Part shown: piece by piece, positions 17,156 to 23,261 of the stretch
How positions within the stretch are numbered: the first letter of the stretch is position 1
How the letters are laid out: each line of letters opens with the position of its first letter
NCBI GenBank assembly: GCA_045805065.1
Contig: JBJMMA010000061.1
Span: 1 to 23,261, forward strand
Source: Bdellovibrionia bacterium
GTDB taxonomy: Bacteria > Bdellovibrionota > UBA1018
Length of the DNA: 23,261 nt
Direction: 5' to 3'
Notes under the pieces: model-generated
Told to the model about the DNA's origin: nothing
The model's input: only the letters and a program-made list of their open reading frames with translations
Databases searched by the model: none
Made by a program: the position numbers and the translations under genes

Positions 17156-19999
17156 ATGTATTTTGGATCTCCTCGGTATCAGACAAAATGTCTGCTTTTC
17201 TCTGCTTTGTGCGCGCTCTCAAGTCTGACGGCGCACGCCACAGGCTATTATAATTTCGGGATGCAGTGGAAGGGCGCGCTGAACTCTTATCGCTTAGGTG
17301 CTGATACAGTTTTTGCGAGTGGATTTACATCGGGACTTGGAGCCCCTCCTGTCAGCGGCTCCGTGGATGGGATGATCACCACTCCTTATTTTGTTACTAC
17401 TGATTCAAGTGGAAATGTCTACGTAGCAGATTACGGCAGCAATCGCCTTCTTAAGTACAACTCATCCGGCGTGTTTCAAGGGTGGATGGGAAAAATCTCA
17501 ACGTCTCCAACTGGTGGAGACGCGGGCTGCAAGGGAGCGGCAGTGGGTACTGCAACTCCTGGATGGTGTACTGGCGGAAAAGGGACTTCCGGCAACGGCG
17601 ATGGAATGTTGAACAGCCCGAGCGGACTGGCCTTTGATTCGTCTGGAAATCTCTATGTGAACGATTTTTTCAATTATCGCATCGTGAAATACAACTCATC
17701 AGGAGTGTTCCAGGGTTGGATCGGAAAAATCGCGACTTCCCCTACGGGCGGCGCAGCAGGCTGTAACGGGGCCGCAGTTGGAACGTTTACCCCAGGCTGG
17801 TGTATAGGCGGAACGGCGGGTTCGGGAACTGGCGATGGGATGATGAATTTTCCCACCGCAATCAAGTTGGACTCGTCTGGCAACATTTATGTTAGCGATT
17901 ACGGAAACCATCGGATCAATAAGTATGACTCCAATGGGTCATTCCTGGGCTGGACTGGAAAAATCGCGACTTCTCCAACAGGAGGAGCTGCAGGGTGCAA
18001 CGGAGCAGCTGTCGGCACCGCTACGCCAGGCTGGTGCCTCGGTGGGACATCGGCATCCGGCAATGGCGATGGGATGATGAATGGTCCCTACGATCTGGCG
18101 TTGGATTCTTCAGGTAATATCTACATCCCTGACGCAAACAACAGTCGAGCCCTGAAGTTCGATTCAGCAGGAGTGTTCCAAGGCTGGATCGGAAAGATTG
18201 GTACTTCACCTACCGGAGGCGCGGCCGGGTGCAATGGAGCGACGGTGGGTACCTTTACCCCGGGCTGGTGTATAGGCGGAACAGCGGCTTCCGGCAATGG
18301 TGACGGAATGTTGAGTTCCCCAAACGGAATCGCCGTGGATAGCTCTGGCAATGTTTATGTCGCTGACCAGAACCATCGGGTCAGCAAGTATAATTCCTCG
18401 GCAGCATTTCAAGGCTGGATTGGAAGGATTGGTACCTCTCCTACAGGCGGCGCAGCAGGCTGTAACGGTGCCACAGTGGGCACATTCACACCAGGATGGT
18501 GTACGGGAGGAACTGCTGCCTCTGGTACAGGCGATGGAATGATGAGTTTTCCGAAACATCTCGATGTGGATTCGTCTGGAAATATTTACGTTTCTGATTC
18601 CAATAATTTTCGAGTCAACAAGTACACATCGTCCGGTGCACTTGTAGGTGCCTTGCAATCCATCTCGCAATCCTTCGCCTGGCATCGGAGCACGTATTCT
18701 TCTACGTCAGGTTTTGGAGACGGGATGCTCAATGGCCCGAGAAGCTTGACTCAGGATGCTTCTGGAAACTTTTACGTCGCTGATTACAGCAACAATCGCA
18801 TCAATAAGTTCAACTCTGTTGGGACGTTTCAAGGTTGGATCGGAAATATATCGACTTCGCCCACAGGTGGAGCGGCAGGATGCAGTGGATCCGGCACCCT
18901 CACTTTTACACCTGGTTGGTGTAAAGGTGGGACTGCGGCTTCAGGCGCAGGCGATGGAATGATGAACGGTCCTTACGATGTGGCTGTGGATTCATCCGGA
19001 AATTTCTATGTCGCTGATGCCAATAATTATCGGGTCAATAAGTATGATTCGACAGGGGCCTTTCAAGGCTGGATTGGAAAGATCGCGACTTCTCCCACCG
19101 GCGGAGCAGCGGGCTGTAATGGAGCTGCAGTGGGAAGTGCAACGCCTGGATGGTGTAAGGGGGGAACGGCGGGTTCAGGAACTGGCGATGGGATGCTGAA
19201 TATCGCTGTCAGCCTGGCTCTCGATTCTTCCGGAAATCTTTATGTCGCAGAGTTTAGTAACAATCGAATCAGCAAGTTTGACTCGTCTGGAGTTTTCCAA
19301 GGCTGGATCGGAAAAATCGCGACCTCTCCGACGGGCGGGGATGCAGGTTGCAATGGAGCCGCAGTAGGTACCTTTACGCCAGGCTGGTGCAAAGGAGGTA
19401 CTTCGACAAGTGGCACAGGCGATGGGATGTTCTCGAATCCTACCAGTGTGAGGCTGGATTCGTCCGGTAATATCTACGTTGCTGATTCTACCAACCATCG
19501 CATTCAAAAGTTCAATTCAGCAGGAGTTTTTCAGGGTTGGATTGGAAAGATCGCGACATCGCCAACGGGTGGAGATCCAGGTTGTAATGGAGCAGCAGTG
19601 GGCAGTGCAACTCCTGGCTGGTGCAAGGGGGGGACTTCGACCTTGGGCACAGGCGATGGAATGCTAAGCAGCCCTGCGGGTGTAATCGTGGACTCGGTGG
19701 GTAATATCTATGTTTCGGAGTCCACTAACCATCGCATTAATAAGTTTAGCGCTGCGGGGGTATTCAAGGGCTGGATCGGAAAGATTGCGACATCACCCAC
19801 AGGTGGCGCTACAGCCTGTAAAGGAGCTGCCGCAAGTAGTGCTTCTCCTGGTTGGTGTACCGGTGGTACCTCAGGCTCAGGCAGCAGTGATGGAATGATG
19901 AACTCCCCAAGTGGACTTTGGGTCGACAAGTCGGGCAATCTCTATGTGGCTGATCGACTCAATCATCGCCTTCAGAGATTTTCACTTCATGGCCGATAA
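17156..19999 (+). CDS. Secreted NHL-repeat beta-propeller protein (12 blades) with Cys-paired insertions
   Basis: Signal peptide (..LTAHA|T); 12 copies of P.....DSSGN.YV.D..N.R..K[YF], the NHL blade consensus. Confidence 0.9.
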   Translation: MYFGSPRYQTKCLLFSALCALSSLTAHATGYYNFGMQWKGALNSYRLGADTVFASGFTSGLGAPPVSGSVDGMITTPYFVTTDSSGNVYVADYGSNRLLKYNSSGVFQGWMGKISTSPTGGDAGCKGAAVGTATPGWCTGGKGTSGNGDGMLNSPSGLAFDSSGNLYVNDFFNYRIVKYNSSGVFQGWIGKIATSPTGGAAGCNGAAVGTFTPGWCIGGTAGSGTGDGMMNFPTAIKLDSSGNIYVSDYGNHRINKYDSNGSFLGWTGKIATSPTGGAAGCNGAAVGTATPGWCLGGTSASGNGDGMMNGPYDLALDSSGNIYIPDANNSRALKFDSAGVFQGWIGKIGTSPTGGAAGCNGATVGTFTPGWCIGGTAASGNGDGMLSSPNGIAVDSSGNVYVADQNHRVSKYNSSAAFQGWIGRIGTSPTGGAAGCNGATVGTFTPGWCTGGTAASGTGDGMMSFPKHLDVDSSGNIYVSDSNNFRVNKYTSSGALVGALQSISQSFAWHRSTYSSTSGFGDGMLNGPRSLTQDASGNFYVADYSNNRINKFNSVGTFQGWIGNISTSPTGGAAGCSGSGTLTFTPGWCKGGTAASGAGDGMMNGPYDVAVDSSGNFYVADANNYRVNKYDSTGAFQGWIGKIATSPTGGAAGCNGAAVGSATPGWCKGGTAGSGTGDGMLNIAVSLALDSSGNLYVAEFSNNRISKFDSSGVFQGWIGKIATSPTGGDAGCNGAAVGTFTPGWCKGGTSTSGTGDGMFSNPTSVRLDSSGNIYVADSTNHRIQKFNSAGVFQGWIGKIATSPTGGDPGCNGAAVGSATPGWCKGGTSTLGTGDGMLSSPAGVIVDSVGNIYVSESTNHRINKFSAAGVFKGWIGKIATSPTGGATACKGAAASSASPGWCTGGTSGSGSSDGMMNSPSGLWVDKSGNLYVADRLNHRLQRFSLHGR
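17369..19996 (+). repeat. Intragenic tandem repeat, 234 bp / 78 aa unit, 12 units in two blocks
   Basis: Units start at 17369, 17603, 17837, 18071, 18305, 18536, 18722, 18956, 19190, 19424, 19658 and 19892. Unit 5 is 231 bp, unit 6 is 186 bp and unit 12 is truncated. Confidence 0.95.
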
Positions 20000-20000
20000 C

Positions 20001-21050
20001 TTAAAAGAGCGAAAGCTGTCCGGGGCGCTCAAAGTGCTCGGTTGAAAGCTCCCAGTCGCGCTGATTAAATCCAAATTTGCGCGAGAAGACCTCAAATGTC
20101 TTTGCGATATGCTCAGCAAAAGGGCCTTCGCCACGCATGCGAGTTCCAAAATCGGATTTATAGAGCTCACCGCCTCGAATGGAGCGGATGTGATTGAGCA
20201 CGCGGTCTTTTCGCTCGGGCTTATTTTGCTCAAGCCATTCCACAAAAAGCGGAAGAACATTTCCAGGCAAGCGCAGAGGCACGTAGCCTGCTTGAGTGGC
20301 ACCAGCGTTGGCGGCAGCCTCAAGAATCGCTGGAAGCTCATGATCAGTGAGACCCGGAATGACCGGAGCGACATTGACGCCTGTAGGGATTCCAGCCTTT
20401 GAGAGTTCTTCGAGCGCACGCAGGCGCATCGCCGGGCGTGATGTTCTTGGCTCGAGCGTTCCGCAAAGATCGGGATCCAAAGTCGTCATGGTCAGAAAAA
20501 CTGTCACGCCATTGATGGCAGCCATCTCTTTGAAGAGCTCAATGTCTCGAGTGACGAGATAGTTTTTAGTGATTACTCCAAACGGATTTCGAAAGTCTCT
20601 CAAGACCTCAATGCAGCGGCGAGTGAGCTCAAACTTTCTTTCAGCCGGTTGATAGCAATCGGTCACGCCACTTAACGAAATCGTTTCTGGCTTCCAGGAG
20701 GGAGCCATCAGTCGCTCGCGCAAAAGCTCAGGCGCTTTGTGCTTCACAAAGATCTTGGTCTCAAAATCAATTCCCGCCGAGAGTCCCAAATACTCGTGCG
20801 TTGGGCGCGCGTAACAGTACACGCATCCATGCTCGCATCCGCGATAAGGATTGATGCTGTAGCGAAAGCCAATGTCCGGGCTGTTGTTTTCAGTGAGAAT
20901 CGTGCGCGTGTGATCGTCGAGGAACTGCGTCCGAGGGGAGGGGAAAATCTCTTCCTCGCTCACCTGAGTGACGTCCGCATCAGGCGTGCAATAAACTTTC
21001 TCAAAGCGGTTAGGGGTGTTCCCGCCTGCGCCGCGACCTTTGATTTTCAT
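20001..21050 (-). CDS. PA0069/Rv2578c family radical SAM protein (SplB-like)
   Basis: NPYRGCEHGCVYCYARPTHEYLG (CxxxCxxC), GIDFETKI, TDCYQP.ER, LRLP and FG.RMRG.G motifs. Confidence 0.94.
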   Translation of the reverse strand: MKIKGRGAGGNTPNRFEKVYCTPDADVTQVSEEEIFPSPRTQFLDDHTRTILTENNSPDIGFRYSINPYRGCEHGCVYCYARPTHEYLGLSAGIDFETKIFVKHKAPELLRERLMAPSWKPETISLSGVTDCYQPAERKFELTRRCIEVLRDFRNPFGVITKNYLVTRDIELFKEMAAINGVTVFLTMTTLDPDLCGTLEPRTSRPAMRLRALEELSKAGIPTGVNVAPVIPGLTDHELPAILEAAANAGATQAGYVPLRLPGNVLPLFVEWLEQNKPERKDRVLNHIRSIRGGELYKSDFGTRMRGEGPFAEHIAKTFEVFSRKFGFNQRDWELSTEHFERPGQLSLF

Positions 21051-21075
21051 GAATTGGAAAACTAGAGATTTGAAA

Positions 21076-21159
21076 TGGTGCCCAGGACTGGACTCGAACC
21101 AGCATGCTTTTGGCGCTCGCCCCTGAAACGAGTGTGTCTACCAATTCCACCACCTGGGC
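21076..21159 (-). tRNA. tRNA-Leu (anticodon CAG), 84 nt, CCA encoded
   Basis: Minus strand reads GCCCAGG TG GTGGAATTGGTAGACAC A CTCGT-TTCAGGG-GCGAG CGCCAAAAGCAT GCTGG-TTCGAGT-CCAGT CCTGGGC A CCA: cloverleaf with long variable arm and discriminator A. Confidence 0.97.
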
Positions 21160-21377
21160 ACATGATTACTACGGGACTGGGGTGAAAACGTATCAACTTA
21201 CTTATCACAACTTTGCGTTTTGTAAGCCAAAAATTGCTGCAAGCGGCCGAAGTGCGCATCTGGGTGCGAATTGAAATGGGCTTTAAAAACAAAGATTTAG
21301 AAATAACGAGGGTGACCCGCTGTGACAACCAGCCACTTTTTTTACTTAAGAGCTGATCGTGCTAAGACTTCAGGAGT

Positions 21378-22415
21378 ATGAAAAAAGACCGCTACTACTT
21401 TGCCAGTGATAACTCCGCCCCCGTTTGCCCAGAGGCTTGGGACGCGCTGACCCGCGCCAATGTGGACGCCATTGGCTCTTACGGAAACGACGCGATCACT
21501 CGCGACGCTAAACAAAAGATCCGTGATTTTTTTCAGACGGATTGTGAAGTGTTCTTCGTGTTCAATGGCACGGGAGCCAATGCTCTTCTGGTTTCAGCCA
21601 TGTGCGAACGATTTGAGACCGTGCTCACTCATAAGCATGCTCATATCGAAACGGATGAGTGCTCAGCGCCTGAATTTTTCGGAGCAGGTACGAAGCTGAA
21701 AAGCTTAACCGGAGCGGCGGCAAAACTAGATTTTAATCTGCTCAAGAAGCAGCTTGAGATTCCAAGGGAAGTTCATTTTGCGCCAACGGGCGCGGTTTCT
21801 GTCACGCAGCCTTCTGAGCTTGGCGCGATTTACTCCGCGGCTGAAATGCGCGAGCTGGGAGACTTGTGCAGGCTTCACGATGTCTGGCTTCATGTAGATG
21901 GCGCGCGCTTTACCAATGCGCTGGTTGCATCGGGCAGCTCGGCGGCAGATCTCACCTGGAAAGCTGGTGTGGATTGCCTGAGCTTTGGGGGCACCAAGCA
22001 AGGCTTGGGGTTCTCTGAAGCTGTCGTCATCTTCAATCCTGAGCTTGCCAAGAACTTTGCCTATCGCCAAAAGCAGGGCGCGCAGCTTGCTTCCAAGATG
22101 CGTTTTCTCTCGGCTCCTTGGAGCATGTTTCTGAATGATGGCATTTGGGATCGCTACGCCAAGAACGCAAACCAGATGGCAAAAGATCTTGCCAAGATGC
22201 TTTCAGGCTTTGGCTTTGAGCCTGTTTTTCCAGTGCAGGCAAACTCCGCTTTTTATCGCCTGCCTCAAGAACTTCACCAGAAACTTGAGCAAAGAGGATG
22301 GCATATCTATCCGTTTGCCGAAGAAACGGTTCGCTTTATGACGTCCTGGAACAGCCGGCCTGAACAGATCGCTGAGCTCAAGAGCGATCTCTCCGAGTTG
22401 TTGTCGAAACCGTGA
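21378..22415 (+). CDS. ltaE: Low-specificity L-threonine aldolase (PLP-dependent, beta-eliminating lyase family)
   Basis: FASDN, YGND, GTGAN, AHI.TDEC.APE, HVDGARF, SFGGTKQG (PLP Lys) and SKMRF. Confidence 0.92.
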   Translation: MKKDRYYFASDNSAPVCPEAWDALTRANVDAIGSYGNDAITRDAKQKIRDFFQTDCEVFFVFNGTGANALLVSAMCERFETVLTHKHAHIETDECSAPEFFGAGTKLKSLTGAAAKLDFNLLKKQLEIPREVHFAPTGAVSVTQPSELGAIYSAAEMRELGDLCRLHDVWLHVDGARFTNALVASGSSAADLTWKAGVDCLSFGGTKQGLGFSEAVVIFNPELAKNFAYRQKQGAQLASKMRFLSAPWSMFLNDGIWDRYAKNANQMAKDLAKMLSGFGFEPVFPVQANSAFYRLPQELHQKLEQRGWHIYPFAEETVRFMTSWNSRPEQIAELKSDLSELLSKP

Positions 22416-22430
22416 AAGTACTGCTATCCT
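22401..22430 (+). promoter_or_regulatory. Putative sigma70 promoter (TTGTCG-18-TATCCT, extended -10) 6 nt before the M48 ATG
   Basis: TTGTCG at 22401-22406 and TGcTATCCT at 22422-22430; no SD before ATG 22437. Confidence 0.5.
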
Positions 22431-22436
22431 AGCGTC

Positions 22437-23261
22437 ATGCTAAGGAAAGCAATCGTTTCGAACCTGGTCATTGTCAGTCTTTTGTTCAGCTCTTTCTCGT
22501 TCACGGGATGCGCATCGCTTCCGGGGGCAAAGGAGCCAACCGACGCTGAGATCAACGCAGAAGCCGAAAAGGCCTATGCGGACGTCAAAGCTAAGTCCAA
22601 GATGTCCACGAACAAAGAGTGGAACGATATGGTTCAGCGCGTGGTGAAGCGTATTGCGGTTGCCTCAGGCGAGAACTTCCAATGGGAAGCAGTCGTCATT
22701 GAAAGCCCTGAAGTCAACGCCTGGTGTATGCCGGGTGGCAAGATCGCCGTTTACACGGGCATCATGCCGGTCCTGAAAACCGAAGCAGCTCTTGCAGCAG
22801 TGCTTGGGCATGAAGTCGCGCACGCGACTCGCCGGCATGGCAAGAAAGGTTACGCTCGCGCGATCAAAGAGCAATACGCAGGGATTGCTCTGGGTGCAGG
22901 AGCGATCCTTGCGGGTCAGCTCCTTTGCAAATCGCAGACATGTAAAACAGCCACTCTGGCAGGCGGCGCAGGAGCGGGTCTTCTCATCACTTTCCTGGAT
23001 CGCAAGTTCTCACGCACCGACGAAACTGAAGCCGATCAATACGGACAGATCTACATGGCCAAAGCTGGATACGATCCTGCCGAATCCATCAAGCTTTGGG
23101 AACGCATGGGTGCCGCCAACGCAGGGAAGGCTCCTCCAGAATTCATGTCGACCCACCCCTCGGATACGACTCGTCGTGCGAACCTGACGAACTGGCTACC
23201 CCAGGCTGAGCTCGCATATAACCAGGCCCCACAGAGATTTGGTTTAGGGCAACCAGTCCCA
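22437..23261 (+). CDS. M48 family zinc metallopeptidase lipoprotein (LoiP/Oma1-like), 3'-truncated
   Basis: Absent from the ORF track because it has no stop in the window. My translation: MLRKAIVSNLVIVSLLFSSFSFTG|CASL...NAWCMPGGKIAVYTG...LGHEVAHA...FSRTDETEADQYG...AGYDP...FMSTHP. Confidence 0.93.
   Translation, partial: MLRKAIVSNLVIVSLLFSSFSFTGCASLPGAKEPTDAEINAEAEKAYADVKAKSKMSTNKEWNDMVQRVVKRIAVASGENFQWEAVVIESPEVNAWCMPGGKIAVYTGIMPVLKTEAALAAVLGHEVAHATRRHGKKGYARAIKEQYAGIALGAGAILAGQLLCKSQTCKTATLAGGAGAGLLITFLDRKFSRTDETEADQYGQIYMAKAGYDPAESIKLWERMGAANAGKAPPEFMSTHPSDTTRRANLTNWLPQAELAYNQAPQRFGLGQPVP

Noticed and set aside
17369..19996. Regular repeats as a CRISPR array or a diversity-generating retroelement target
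   Set aside because: Units are 234 bp, in frame, and differ mainly at third codon positions. There are no identical short repeats with unique spacers, no non-coding template repeat, no evident adenine-specific variation, and no cas or RT gene in the window.
21076..21159. tRNA read as Sec or opal suppressor (TCA in the loop)
   Set aside because: The 7-nt loop is TTCAGGG, placing CAG at 34-36. The 7-bp acceptor stem and discriminator A fit tRNA-Leu.
15114..21159. Genomic island integrated at tRNA-Leu
   Set aside because: I saw no duplicate of the tRNA 3' end and no integrase in the window (checked by eye only), and the flanking genes look chromosomal.
21062..21328. 88-aa minus-strand ORF
   Set aside because: It runs through the tRNA gene; spurious.
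22792..23187. 131-aa plus-strand ORF in the track
   Set aside because: Out-of-frame overlap with the clear M48 peptidase starting at 22437.

Overview
Gene-dense bacterial chromosomal window of moderate GC. The gene repertoire suggests a Gram-negative Bdellovibrionota/Oligoflexia-like or related deltaproteobacterial genome; this is inference only. From left to right it holds: a 5'-truncated outer-membrane beta-barrel with a small secreted 4-Cys protein; a DUF3445 heme N-demethylase-like gene; a patatin; an erythromycin-esterase-family gene downstream of two low-complexity small proteins; a conserved hypothetical protein; yjbQ; a disordered lipoprotein; heme A synthase; a small membrane protein; an azurin-like lipoprotein divergent from sdhCAB; glk-fbp; a DUF3857/transglutaminase protein; a 947-aa secreted NHL-repeat protein; a PA0069-type radical SAM gene directly behind tRNA-Leu(CAG); threonine aldolase; and a 3'-truncated M48 peptidase lipoprotein absent from the ORF track. 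I found no CRISPR array, integrase, transposase or reverse transcriptase. The most unusual element is the NHL protein: 12 blades (2 x 6), ten carrying a conserved C-x12-C loop, with variation concentrated at the predicted ligand face. Other points of interest are a recurring leaderless-promoter signature and several uncharacterised small proteins next to the respiratory and porin genes.
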